Shown: positions 1 to 12,692 of the stretch, piece by piece
Position numbering within the stretch: the stretch's first letter is position 1
Layout of the letters: each line of letters begins with the position of its first letter
Origin: Anthoceros angustus
Lineage: Eukaryota; Plantae; Anthocerotophyta
Reading direction: 5' to 3'
Length of the DNA: 64,000 nucleotides
Assembly (NCBI GenBank): GCA_010909165.1
Contig: VJWM01000118.1
Location: 832,470 to 896,469 of the forward strand
Translations under genes and position numbers: made by a program
The notes under the pieces: model-generated
What the model was told of the DNA's origin: nothing
What the model saw: only the letters and a program-made list of their open reading frames with translations
Database searches by the model: none

Positions 1-1875
1 GCCCCAACACCAAAAGCAACAACTGCGATATGGAAACTGTGCCTTTTATTGAAGAAGCTCAGACTACAAATTTCAGGATCTTCACTGTGTAACAGTGAAA
101 TAAAGAGAAAGCAGCCAACCAGGGCATGACTGACAGAATTTTCAAATGATTCATAATCCTTCCACAACTGCTCCACGAGGTGGACGGGGGCTTATACAGC
201 CTGCTGGTAGGCCTTGCGCACTGAAGTCATCCGCTGTGACTCCTCATTCGGTGTGGATGCCTGTGGGATCCAACATCATCAGAATTCCAGACAAACAAAC
301 CAGCACATTCACATACTATGAGTAGGTCCAGTAGGTGGAGCTCAGACACGCAACAGAACAGCACATTAACGTACCACTGCTCCCTTCACAAATGAAATGT
401 ACTCTTGCCAAACAGAACCTGCTGAGATCACCCACAATATGTCCAGGAGCCTTGAAAATCTGGCAGAATGGAGTGTACCCAATTTGTCTCCTTGGTTCCG
501 GGCAAGCGTCGAACCCTGCAAGTCCAAGTCCCAAAAGACACAGCCGTGCCATCATGCTCCCACCCTAAGGTTGATTGCAACTCCTCCACAGCACCACATA
601 ATCTATAATTGCATACACTGCCCGAGGCAAAATCAAAGCAAAGCAGCACTTACCAACGTGATTCAACATAAACTCATACGCCTTTTTTCATCTCCTCCCT
701 CCCCTCAGACCTCTACTTTCATTCACCTTCCGCATAAACCGAATGTAAGACTTCCTCCACACCGGCTGGGCCTATGAGCAACCGAAAGCATATCAACAGA
801 AGCAACCCAGCCGCGTGCAGGAGTAGCAACACGCACCAAAGACCCACATTTAAGCAATTGAGCAAACATCGACTGAAGATTTGCTTGACAGCATCATCAT
901 TGTTGGCACCCATTTGCAACTCCACATACTTCTTCCAGTAAACGGCCTGCACCCCGAGATCGTCCACATAATGCTAATCAACCGACATATGTAATCAGCT
1001 GCACATGGTCACTCAGCTCCCTCCTTTCCCACTGAACACAAAAACTCCCCCCAACACCCTACCACCACAATGTTCACAACAACGATTCCACACCAAAGCC
1101 CCACACACCCTCGTGAGAACCTCACCGAAGTTGGGAAGTTGGCAATAATAGCCTCATAAACAGGGATGGCATCAGCCACAGACCTCGACTGCCAAACACA
1201 AAAACAACCCATTACACCTTTTCTTCAACCAAACTGCAGCAAAAGCACCACCTTTGCACAATCCCCACCCCAATACCTCACCTGGGCCTCGTTCCCAAGC
1301 AGCACCCAAGCCTCCACGTCATACTGATGAAGCTCGATCCTCTCCCGAGCACGCCGCTCCTGAAATCCCACGAACCAAAAACCCTCAATCACAAGACCGG
1401 AAAAAACCCACCAACCCCCCGGCACCACCACACCCTCACCTTCTCCGTCAGAGGAGGTACCCGGCTGCGGAGGCGGCTTCACAACGGGCACCAAACCTGG
1501 GGCCGCCTCCGGCCTCCCTCTGTCCCCAGATTCAGGCCTCCCGAGCCCAGCATTCTCAGGTACCCTGCGCGCAGCATCCTGGATCCCAGCTGCGGACACG
1601 CTCTCCTCCTGCTTCACTTCCTCCTTCACCACCACCTCGGAATTCCCCCCGGCACCAGTGCTGGGCACCGCAGTGCTGGCAGCCTCCTCCCCCGCCTCCG
1701 CCTTGTTGCCCTCGTTTGCAACAGCCTTGTCTGCGGGCTCCGCGGCCATGGCAGTCACGCTGGCCTCATTCTCCGTCTTCACCACCACGAGCTCCAGCCC
1801 GAAGCTCACGGCCGGCCCCTCCTCCGCTGCGCTCATGCTGCCGGGCTTCCAACTTTCGCTCTCCTCATGCTGCAT
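1..1875 (-). CDS. CSTF77: Cleavage stimulation factor 77 kDa subunit (CstF-77/Rna14, HAT repeats); 5' part only, multi-exon, continues beyond the window start
   Basis: Spliced GT-AG exons give ERIELHQYDVEAWVLLGNEAQ / SRSVADAIPVYEAIIANFPTS / AVYWKKYVELQMGANNDDAVKQIFSRCLLNCLNVGLW / SYIRFMRKVNESRGLRGREEMKKAYEFMLNHV / SAGSVWQEYISFVK / RMTSVRKAYQQAV*APVHLVEQLWKDYESFENSV, which match the CstF-77 HAT-N region. ATG at 1875. One in-frame TAA (192-194) and one small indel are probably sequence errors. Confidence 0.92.
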
Positions 1876-2967
1876 AGTTCTTTCCAGTCATCTTCGCCGG
1901 ACGTGAAAATGCAAATCCACTGCCGGCTCCGCGTCATTCTGCTGCACCGCGGCTTCGGGGCGAGCAGTGGCAAGCCGGACCAAAAGGGCGTTGGCCGTGG
2001 GTTGATTGTTCAATGACATCATCGTTGAATGTTGGGAGACATTAGCTGCAGGCCTGGTGGGAGGAGAAAGAAAAGCTTACGAAGGTGTAGGAATGTGGGC
2101 CATTCTAAACACTCCACTGTATAAATAAGGCTGAAACATCCATCTGGCAGTCAGTTTATCCAATTGGTGCTGTCCTATGCAATTTCAAGTGGTCCTCTTT
2201 AGTACCCACTGCCAAGTGAGTTGGTGCTTATCCACTGCCAAGTGAGTCACTGCTGATTGATCCTAGTTTTTCTTAGCCTAATCTAGGCTCATCTGTCTTG
2301 CCTATGACCAGATTCCATGTATTGAAGGGGCCAACTGCGTCCCATCAAGTGAGCTTTCCCTAGAACTTGTATACGTCCTGCAGGCTATCGTTGTTACACA
2401 GGTTTTCTGGAATATGTAGGTGCTTCCTTCCAATTCTCTTGATTCTGATTCTGTCAGTGGCACTTGGCTACAACTTTCAGCACAACTTGTGCTTGTGTTA
2501 GCTCTGGGTTTGTCGTGATAGTGGTGTTTTTAATTTTTACAGGCTTCGTCTAGTGGCACCTAGTACAACTTTCAACTCAATTTGTGCTTGTTCTAGCTCT
2601 TGCTTTGTAGTGATAGTGCTGTTTTTTAATTTTTACAAGCATTGTCTACAAGTCTCTACCTACGGCTGGATCACACGGCCCTGAGTCTTGGTTGCAAGTT
2701 TGCATGCCAAGGTCCAAAAGTAACTCCAAGTTCTGTCGCATCTACAAAGTCTCACGACAGGCAACCATTTGAACAAACTACAAGCTTTAGATCTGTTTAG
2801 GTGTGATGGAACGCTACATTATTTAAAAGAAAAACCACGATCAGCTTAGGAACATTCACCAATGTTCCGTGCGTTCACCAAGCAAGCAACACCTTGGCTT
2901 TTAAACAAACCTACACTTCCAAAGAACTCCAACACTAAAAACCAATAGCAAACCTTGCACATTCACA

Positions 2968-5900
2968 TCATGCGCAATCCTCCGCCTTGCACTTACTTAT
3001 GCACTCGCAGAGCCATGTCGCTTTCCTTTCCTTGTATCTCACTGTGTGAGTGGAGCCCACATACGGCCCTCGAGGGATTTTAGAATGTCCTCGAGTCTCG
3101 ACCAGGCATCCACATTGACATCCTCTTCATTCACGGCCACCATGTTAGGCAATTGTTGGTGGTTGGACAATGTTTCCCCTACCAATCCGATCACTGTCAT
3201 TGGCATAGCTCCTGCCCTATTTGCAAAATCTGGTATAGCGTTTCCCAAACCAGCAGCTACATGCAAGCCTGCCTTGGCTAGAAACACAAGCAAGTTAGCA
3301 CTCATCATGTAAAGTCAATCCACTTGTAGTTTTACCGATACAACCAAAGGATAACCAGTTGTCCTTGTACAATATGGTTCGCCACCTCTCTCCTCACACA
3401 TGAGATGCAAATGAACCGCCTTGCCAACCTGAATCAAAGCCATAAACCTTTCTCGGAATGATACATCATCACTACCAAAGAAAGGACGACGAGGCATGGT
3501 GGAACCATGATACCCTATAATATCATCCATGTTGCGTTTCAAAGCCCTCAATGTTTCCTTTTTCGACTCCATCATCTTAGCTTCAACTGATCTAATCAAC
3601 TCCACTAACTCCTTTTGATTACTGTCCAGTTTGTCCATCACCTGCGAGTGCTGTATATCAAGCTTTTGCGATATTATAGTAAGATTGTCCAACAAAGTTC
3701 TCATATTTTCCACGGAGAGGTCAGAGTGACTTCGTAAAGGAACTGTAGACACACTGTGACTTGCTGCAGCCTTGGAGCTTGTGACCATATGTGCGACTGT
3801 TTCAAGATCCGTTGTCACCTTCAATACACAATCTTTTTGCCGTTCATAAAACTCAGTATTCCTCTGCACTATATCTACCAAGTATTTCGCATCTACAAAT
3901 TCTTCCACCTTACGAGATATCCTGATCCCATTTACTTCATCGCCAATAGCAGGCCAAGAATGCATAAAATCCAATATGTTTCTGGTAACAAAATACCCGT
4001 CACCACATTGCAAAGTTTGCTCTTCATCTAGAAGAAACTCCGTTAAATCCGTCTCAAGGTATGCTTGGTTCCGTCTCAATGTGCAAGGTATCAAGCAAGT
4101 TACACAGGAAGGGTTGATGAAAGCTCACAATGCAACTCCTGGACAACCCCTAGGTGAAGCACAAAAGTTTCTCAATTCTTCAAGGATATGTTGTCGCATA
4201 AATGTATACGCAAAACCATGACGTTGTGCTGACTTGACAAGTATATCAACAAAATCGCCAATCGCTCCTCCACCGCTGTATTCAATAAAGATATCCATAC
4301 CATTGTAGCCTATGGAAATAAGATTGTAGCCAAATCTGTATTGATGAGACTGCATTCGCAAGTCCACCTTGGAAAAAAGACGATTTCGCAAAACCACCTT
4401 AAGAAAAGAAACAAAGTTAGTGCAACGTTCAAGTACAAGTTATCACCCATGTCAACCTCTTCACCTCGAAAACTTGCAAGGAAAAGACAAAGATATACCT
4501 GAAACCTCGGGAAAAAACCCTCAGTTAAGAAAGTTCGAACATCTTGACATTGTAAGCGGCGGCCTATAAACTCATAGTTTACATCATTGTCATATGTAGT
4601 TGGCCATTGTAGAGATCTTTCACTATTCGCGCCTACATGCCGATTGATGGTTGTTGGAATGAAAAACCCTTGCGTTTCCATACCTAGAGGTGCCTCGTAA
4701 CATAACTCCAACTCCAACATAATATTCACCAAGTCTTGAGTTTCAAGTCCGGTATAGTCCTTTGAAAAGTTAGTAAGAACCGACTGAGTCTCTCGTTTAC
4801 AAATCCTTCAGTAGTAAGGGGTAAGAATGGACTATGTGATTGTATGAAATGACCTAGAAAGTTGTGAGTTATCCAATTCGGATTAATTACTATTATATTT
4901 TCATTTTTTAACTGGATAATTTTTCCAACATCATGAAGATAGGATGAAATGGCAGATATTATGTTCTTTTGGTGATCTGACGGAAACTGATTCAACTCCT
5001 CAAGTTGTTGCACACAATAGCTTCCAAATTCCTCTTGTTGCATCAAAGGTTGAGAAGGCTTCTTAGATACCCACTGTATCAAGGCCTTACTCAATTTCTC
5101 ACATACATAAGGAACTAATTTTGAGTCTTCACATGCAATTTTTAAGGTTTTAAATACCTCACGTAATACGTTCTTTATGCATTTCAATGAATAAGCCTTG
5201 ATAATTTCTGGTTTTGGAATTACATCTATTAAATCTGAAAACTCTTTTGTTACATCCTTCATTTGTGTGTTTAATAAACTTTCTATAAATTGTTCTTTTT
5301 TTTTAAATTTATCTAGGTACGTAATTATAACCAATAATTTTGGTTTCACTACACTTCCCTGCTTGACATTAGAGGCAATAAATGTTAGCCAATACTTCAA
5401 TTCATCCTCAAACTTTGTTTTCATATCTTCGTAAGACATAATTTTTCCCGACACATGGTCAAAGGGACTAAACACGAACGAAAATAGACAAGCTTGGTGA
5501 ATATTAGGAAAGAGATAATCATGGAGAATGCGAAATTCATCTTGGCCGGCCAGATCCCAAATACTTACTTGCAGATCTTCGTCATTGTCGAATATATGTT
5601 CGATTTCTATCCCTTTTGTCATCTCCCACGGCAGGCGCACATTTGTCATACAAGTTGCCACCCTTCTCCATTTTTGAGAATAGCAGACCATACTTCGACG
5701 TATTGTACTCTTCCCTGCAATATTTATCAATGATAATATTAGATATTCACAAAGAGCAAATAATCTTGAAGTTTTCTATAGCAAAGGATGGAATTACCTG
5801 CACGTGGCGATCCACAAAGAAAGAATCTACCCACTTTTGGCCATACAAATTTGAAGACTTGCCGATAAAATGCAGGTAAATATGCAACCTGTCGATTATT

Positions 5901-8613
5901 CCGTCGCATAGCTTCCCTCAACAATGCAGTTTTCCCTTCTCTTTCCCATTGCCAATCGTTTATTTTGATAGTTACCAAAGATTCATTCGAAGCTATACTT
6001 CGCAAAAGATCTGTGAATATTTTTGAAGTCAATCTATAGCAAAGGATGGAATTACCTGCACGTGGCGATCCACAAAGAAAGAATCTACCCACTTTTGGCC
6101 ATACAAATTTGAAGACTTGCCGATAAAATGCAGGTAAATATGCAACCTGTCGATTATTCGTCGCATAGCTTCCTCAACAATGCACTTTTCCTTCCTTTTC
6201 CCATTGTCATCTATTTTATAGTTACCAAAGATTCATTCACTATACTTCGCATAAGATCTGTAAATATTTTTGAAGTCAATCTATAGTAATATCAAGAGTT
6301 TGTATAGTTCTATTCTTCCCTAAGGATGTAAAAACTTGATCACTGAAGATTTTGCTAAAATATCCTCCCAATCGCAGTTTCTTGAGGGCTCTAGCGTCTT
6401 GTAACTGCAGTCCTGGTCCCCCATCTGTCCAGTCAGCAGCGCCCTTGATCTCGCAGACTTCCAGCACAGCATTTGTGCGTAATATGCAATTCAGATCTGC
6501 CACATTCCTGTGTGACAATTCGAAAATTACGAGCTTAGTGACAGATCTATTGTCCACAGTCACATGTCCCTCAGTGCTGATTTCTCCCAATCCGGTGCGA
6601 AGGAATTCTTCCATATTCACGTCTGACTCAGCTTCCATTCTACCAATTTCCAACTCTTCCAACGTTGTGTTCCTGGCCAGGGCTTTGCCGATTATTCTCG
6701 CATCTTGCAATGTCCAGAAGATGCCGATAAAATGCAGGTAAATATGCAACCTGCGATTATTCGTCGCATAGCTTCCTCAACAATGCACTTTTCCTTCCTT
6801 TTCCCATTCCATCGTTTATTTGATAGTTACCAAAGATTCGAGCTATACTTCGCATAAGATCTGTGAATATTTTTGAAGTCAACGGTCTATATCTAATATC
6901 AAGAGTTTGTATAGTTGTATTCTCCCTAAGGATGTAAAAACTTATCACTAAAGATGCTAAAATATCCTCCCAATCGCAGTTTCTTGAGGGCTCTGGCCTT
7001 GTAACTGAGTCCTGGCATATCTGTCCAGTCACAGCGCCTTGATCTCGCAGACTTCCAGCACAGCATTTGTGCGTAGTACCAAATTCAGATCTGCCACACC
7101 CATGTGTGACAATTCGAAAATTACGAGCTTAGTGACAGATCTATTGTCCACAGTCACATGTCCCTCAGTGCTGATTTCTCCCAATCCGGTGCGAAGGAAT
7201 TCTTCCATATTCACGTCTGACTCAGCTTCCATTCTACCAATTTCCACCTCTTCCAACGTTGTGTTCATGGCCAGGGCTTTGCCGATTTTTCTCGCAGCTT
7301 GCAATGTCCAGAAGACGCCGATAAAATGCAGGTAAATATGCAACCTGCCATTATTCGTCGCATAGCTTCCCTCAACAATGCACTTTTCCTTCCTTTTCCC
7401 ATTCCATCGTTTATTTTGATAGTTACCAAAGATTCATTCGAAGCTATACTTCGCAAAAGATCTGTGAATATTTTTGAAGTCAACGGTCTATATTGTCGCA
7501 TATCAAGAGTTTGTATAGTTCTATTCTTCCCTAAGGATGTAAAAACTTGATCACTGAAGATTTTGCTAAAATATCCTCCCAATCGCAGTTTCTTGAGGGC
7601 TCTAGCCTTGTAACTGAGTCCTGGCATATCTGTCCAGTCACAGCGCCTTGATCTCGCAGACTTCCAGCACAGCATTTGTGCGTAGTACCAAATTCAGATC
7701 TGCCACACCCATGTGTGACAATTAAATTACGAGCTTAGTGACAGATCTATTGCCCACCGTCACATGTCCTCAGTGCTGGTTTCTCCCAATCCGGTGCGAA
7801 GGAATTCTCCCATATTCACGTCTGACTCAGCATTCTACCAATTTCCAACTCTTCCAACGTTGTGTTCCTGGCCAGGGCTTTGCCGATTATTCTCGCATCT
7901 TGCAATGTCCAGATGCCGACAATGTTCAAATCACGCAAGTAGGGCATATGCCGGGAGCGAACAGCGCCGCTATTAGTCCAGCCCCCGATATTCTCAGCTC
8001 GTAGTTCAATGACAGGTCCAGGACGCGGAGCGCGGAGTGGGGAGCAGCGCTCAGTGCGCTCACCAGCTCCTCAAACCCGTACCCATTCACGTCGACCTCT
8101 GTCAGTATTAACTTGTGGAGCGTGCGACTGACAAGCAAGAGGTCTCCCAAAGCTTTCCATCCAGCCGCGCTGCCCACACCCTCACGTCCTTCAACAAGCA
8201 GCTTGTGTAAGGCGGAGGTGTCGGATATGGATGCCAGCCCCCCAAACAGAGCCTCCACCTCTTCCACTCTCGCCCATCCCCGCCGATTCCATACTCGCCC
8301 CGCAACCGGATGGTTTCGAGAGTAGGACAATGGCCGATGGCAGAGAGCACCTGCAGTCGCACTTCCTCCACCTCTTGTTAGCCACCGTCCGTGCAGAAAT
8401 GAAGAAGCCCCGAACCTGTCATCTTAGATCGTCTTCAAGAACAGTGCGCAGTGGCGGAGTGTTGGATGAAGAGGCAGAAGCTGCATCAGCTGGCCATGGG
8501 CCGGCGCCCAGCTCGGCCAGAAGCTGCTGCAACGCAACAGGAAGCGGCTCCTCATCCGCATCCTCGAAATTGAGCCCGCCATGCCAATTCGCTCCACTGC
8601 TGACACGGCCCAC
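2968..8613 (-). CDS. TORNADO1-like LRR-Roc-COR (ROCO) protein; frameshifted, LRR region internally duplicated, 5' end uncertain
   Basis: LRR segments (LRVLDLSLN, LEELEIG, LKKLRLGG). Roc P-loop CGSPRAG/KST is rebuilt across an 83-nt intron (5715-5797). G3 region IWDLAGQDEFRILHDYLFPN. COR motifs INPNWIT and FIGRRLQCQD..FLTEGFFPRFQV. TRN1-type C-terminus HLHLMCE...KAGLHVAAGLGNAIPDF...VRYKERKATWLC, with stop at 2968-2970. Confidence 0.85.
5775..7919. repeat. Three tandem ~600-bp copies of an LRR-coding module (starting at 6122, 6726, 7320) plus a 258-bp duplication covering the P-loop exon end
   Basis: GATAAAATGCAGGTAAATATGCAACC recurs at 5864, 6122, 6726 and 7320. The ORFs at 6276-6749 and 7029-7343 are near-identical in translation. 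Confidence 0.92.
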
Positions 8614-8826
8614 GGGCTACCAGATCCGACTCCGGACCAGTACCCCACCTCCGAATTCACACACGCGTTTCCGACGAGAACCTACAGTACAGGATGCCAA
8701 GCCCCTGCACCTGGGAACACGAAGCTATCATCAGCACCACTGCCGGGCAACCTGCCCCAGCCACCACTATCAGCAGCACTGCACCAATTGCAGGCCCACC
8801 ACTTGCAGCTCATGATCAGCATGCAC

Positions 8827-10136
8827 GCTCCGAGCTTGCCATCACAACAATCACCCTCGCATGCTCAAAGCCATCCGGGTGGGCACAAACATTGGCACCT
8901 ACCTCCACCGGCAACTGCAACTGCAACTGCAACGCCCATCGCACCCTACGCTCACACACGTCCCCCCGGCCGGACACTGCCATTCACGCGTGCAGGCACC
9001 TGCAGCTCACCAACCCACAAAGCCAGCACTGGCATGATCACAACACCTCGAGCTCATGGCCAGTCACAGGTACCTCTGTGGCAACGTATCTATGCGTGCG
9101 AGGGCAGAAGAGACTAGTCTACCATCTACCTGCATCATCTGGAGACGCTCTTTCCACCACCACCAAGCCTGCATCAGTGGACAGCCTCACATCTCCGTGC
9201 TGCAGCCTACGTTTTGTAGGCCTGCACACCACGCGCTTGAGAAGCTTCTGGGACACTTTCCTGCTCCAAGCTTGCCATCACAACAATCACCCTCGCATGC
9301 TCAAAGCCATCCGGATGGGCACAAACATTGGCACCTACCTCCACCGGCAACTGCAACTGCAACTGCAACGCCCATCGCACCCTACGCTCACACACGTCCC
9401 CCCGGCCGGACACTGCCATTCACGCGTGCAGGCACCTGCAGCTCACCAACCCACAAAGCCAGCACTGGCATGATCACAACACCTCGAGCTCATGGCCAGT
9501 CACAGGTACCTCTGTGGCAACGTATCTATGCGTGCGAGGGCAGAAGAGACTAGTCTACCATCTACCTGCATCATCTGGAGACGCTCTTTCCACCACCACC
9601 AAGCCTGCATCAGTGGACAGCCTCACATCTCCGTGCTGCAGCCTACGTTTTGTAGGCCTGCACACCACGCGCTTGAGAAGCTTCTGGGACACTTTCCTGC
9701 TCCAAGCTTGCCATCACAACAATCACCCTCGCATGCTCAAAGCCATCCGGATGGGCACAAACATTGGCACTTACTTCCACCGGCAACTGCAACTGCAACT
9801 GCAACGCCCATCGCACCCTACGCTCACACACGTCCCCCGGCCGGACACTGCCATTCACGCGTGCAGGCACCTGCAGCTCACCAACCCACAAAGCCAGCAC
9901 TGGCATGATCACAACACCTCGAGCTCATGGCCAGTCACAGGTACCTCTGTGGCAACGTATCTATGCGTGCGAGGGCAGAGACTAGTCTACCATCTACCTG
10001 CATCATCTGGAGACGCTCTTTCCACCACCAAGCCTGCATCAGTGGACAGCCTCGCTACATCTCCGTGCTGCAGCCTACGTTTGTAGGCCTGCACACCACG
10101 CTTGAGAAGCTTCTGGGACACTTTCCGGCTCCAAGC
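8827..10136. repeat. Tandem repeat of three ~436-bp units
   Basis: Unit boundaries GCTCC(G/A)AGC at 8827, 9263, 9699 and 10128. The translation MASHRYLCGNVSMRARAE recurs at 9056, 9492 and 9927. The third copy has small deletions. Confidence 0.95.
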
Positions 10137-10494
10137 GCTCCCCAGCCTCCTTCCTGGCCACGTGCTTTAACAGCTGTTCAGCACCACAGTCTCCAGAGAA
10201 TATCCCGGTGACAAGTCGTCAACGGTTTCAAACTAGGATTGGCCCGGGTCTAGAGCTGCAAAGTGCGCGGCGGACCCACCCCATCCAGCGCATCACCAGG
10301 TACCACAACTACTATGCTCGAACAGGGGAGTCAAGAATGTCGAACAGTCTCGGAGCACAGTCTCCAAACAGTTTTTGGAGCAATTATCTTCCAGGAAGCG
10401 GAAGAGGGAATGGTGGAACTTTCCTCGGCAAATCACATTATCAGTGCAGGGATGACTCCACCTGGCTGACATGCCGAGAATGAACAGGAGCATA

Positions 10495-11240
10495 CCAACT
10501 GAAGTTCAAACCGGTCCGTTGTGGGTTTCAGGACTTCCATGTCAGCTAGATCGTCTGCAAGGTAACGCCATTCTCCATTCACAAGAAGGGAAAAGGATGC
10601 AAACATGGCAGCCTGATGCATCTTCTCCATGCGACAAAGCAGGCTCAAGTCCAAGTACCTGTAACACAATCACTGACCCTCACTAATATCACAATCCACA
10701 ATATCTGCAATCCAAGCCAGTGCACTGGCTGTAGAACCGTCTGAACAGTCGATGAAATCCAGTGTGACAAGATTCAGCACGCTCTCACTTTGCCACCTAC
10801 CATCGGCATGAGATGTCGCTTTGCTTCATTCTGATCCTCAACAATAGCCAGCTGACCACCCGACGATACCCCTCTGCAATTAGTTGCATGTCCCCAGGTC
10901 GATCACCTTGCACCCATTCCATAGTCAGGACCCTCTTGGTAGTCATAGCAGGCAGGGTACGAGGAACCACCATGTACTTCAAGTGAGCACGTGCTTCCTA
11001 CAAGGGAAAGCCACCAATTGTGATCCCATCAACCAGAGTCCAAGGAATAAAGCTGCCAGAAGTATGGCTACATGTTACGACAGCTCTGGAGCAACTGCTG
11101 CTTGGACAATCCAAAAACTTCATGACAAAACGGTTCGATCCATACTCAAAATTCTTCCGCATTTGTGGCCTCCACGTTGTAGTCAAGCTCCCATGCAGAC
11201 CCCGTCCAAGCTCATCAGCCAGACCTAACCCTGCCGCAAC
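10495..11240 (-). pseudogene. ABC1/UbiB atypical kinase (ABC1K) fragment with retained introns
   Basis: Fragments GLADELGRGL.GELDYNVEATNAEEF, EARAHLKYMVVPRTLPAMTTKRVLTMEWVQG and YLDLSLLCRMEKMHQAAMFASFSLLVNGEWRYLADDLADMEVLKP. It contains stops and frameshifts, and the N- and C-terminal parts are missing. Confidence 0.8.
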
Positions 11241-11389
11241 AAAACCACCGCCAATTCAACAAACACGACGAACACCAAAATCATCTTACAAAACAGAACA
11301 ACAAAGCCGCACGCATCATCCTTTCAGAACAAAGCCAGTCTCGGCAAGTAAACCCTGCCGGTAAGTAAACCCTTCCTAACGGTGCCGAC

Positions 11390-11610
11390 CTTCGTATCAC
11401 AGCACGTCTTGGTGGCAGTGAATTTCACATCAATCGGCAAGAAGGCTAATGGAACTGCTGGTGGCACCACAAACTCCATGGTCCCATTCCGATTGGTATT
11501 ATCAATTAAGGTGATGGACCATTCCAGGTCCAGGACGGACTTTGGTGCATCATACGTCCAGTCTCCATCAACTTGATTCATGCTTGGTGGATCCTTTGCC
11601 GCAAAGATGG
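11390..11610 (-). pseudogene. Coatomer delta subunit (delta-COP) C-terminal mu-homology fragment
   Basis: KDPPSMNQVDGDWTYDAPKSVLDLEWSITLIDNTNRNGTMEFVVPPAVPLAFLPIDVKFTATKT matches the plant delta-COP C-terminus (pattern DGEWRYD..SVLEWSI.LID.SNRSGSMEFVVPP). Confidence 0.85.
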
Positions 11611-11960
11611 CAAGGGGATGCTGCCATGCCCATTCAAACTGTGCACCAGAACACAACAGAACAGAGCGGTGGATCAACATCGAGAGTGTGCTCAGACACT
11701 CACGATTACAACATGGTCCAAGTTGACACACTCGCCTGTAATGCATCCACCTGTGTGTGGAAAACGTGCACGCGGGTTACTGTGAATCTGTTCCACAACA
11801 GACACTTGCTGTCAGAATTACGGTCAAGCAGGTAAGCGAATTACCATTCCCTGCAGCTCCCAGCATACCCGATGTAGGTGCGACCCTTGCTGCGAGGATT
11901 CTCAGAACAAAGCAGATAGCATGCGAAGAATGCACTCTGGTGTTCTTCCTCCTCCAGCGG
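11610..11960 (-). pseudogene. SLX1: SLX1 GIY-YIG endonuclease fragment with introns and an internal deletion
   Basis: Exon remnants AFFACYLLCSENPRSKGRTYIG (donor GTATGC), FTV..TQVDALQ and FEWAWQHP. The RRIRQHN..RPW core is absent. Confidence 0.8.
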
Positions 11961-12692
11961 CACATCGGCCAGCTCCGGCTCCTCCACCGGTTCATTTCTC
12001 CCAGAGTTCCCCGTTAGTGAATCGGAAAAGTGCCCAACAAAGCGAAGAAGAGGAAGAAAGCTGCTGCCCAGATTTGACGGCGCTCGTGCTGGATTGGATT
12101 GCTTCAAGCTGCAGCAGTGGTGTCCCGAAAATATGACCGTTCACCGTTCCGTGTTCGTGGCAAGTATTCCACGGTCCCGATCCAGGGTCACCTGAACTGG
12201 ACCTTGCTGGTAGCCCCCACCATGCCTCAATAGATAAGGATCGTTCCAAGGCATTGGGGTTTTGGATGTGGCTCAGAATCCCTGTTGGGAGTTCAGGATG
12301 CACTCCTCAACGCCCTGATTGAGTGCCTTCCCGACTTGCAAGAGGTGGATGGAGTTCCTGTTTGAAAACTCGAAACGGTTTGCCGAGACGAGGTAGGATA
12401 GCCCCCTCGTTGCTTGGGGTCGGTCCGCAATGACCTTACGACTGCTTCCTACTGAGCCATGGCTTGTGAACCCCAACCCGTTCGATCCCGCTCTTGGAGG
12501 TGAGGGCTCTGACGGAGGTGCAGAGGCTGAATACGAGTATCCGGTTCTTGCAGCTGATTATACTTTTCTGGAAGAGTTATAGAGGACACTGTCTTACAAT
12601 CCAGTGATGGATGCGGCACCTGGTCATCCTCCAACATCAGGCTTCTTGACAGATTCAGTGGGACACCTCTAGTGGTAACTAAGAATCAACCG

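Noticed and set aside
192-194. In-frame TAA in CstF-77 as evidence of stop-codon reassignment or RNA editing
   Set aside because: It is a single case at a position expecting a hydrophobic residue (ATA or TTA is one error away). TYW1 terminates with TAA, the long intact ORFs contain no internal TAA, and the sequence is error-prone.
8827-10136. CRISPR array or Cys/Asn-repeat protein (GNCNCNCNAH) in the 436-bp repeat
   Set aside because: The units are whole-length tandem copies with no unique spacers and there are no cas genes. ORFs occur in several frames with no domain signal.
10230-10300. Helitron 3' end (CTAG with upstream hairpin) for the gene-fragment mosaic
   Set aside because: CTAG motifs are present but there is no convincing 16-20-nt hairpin and no defined 5' TC end.
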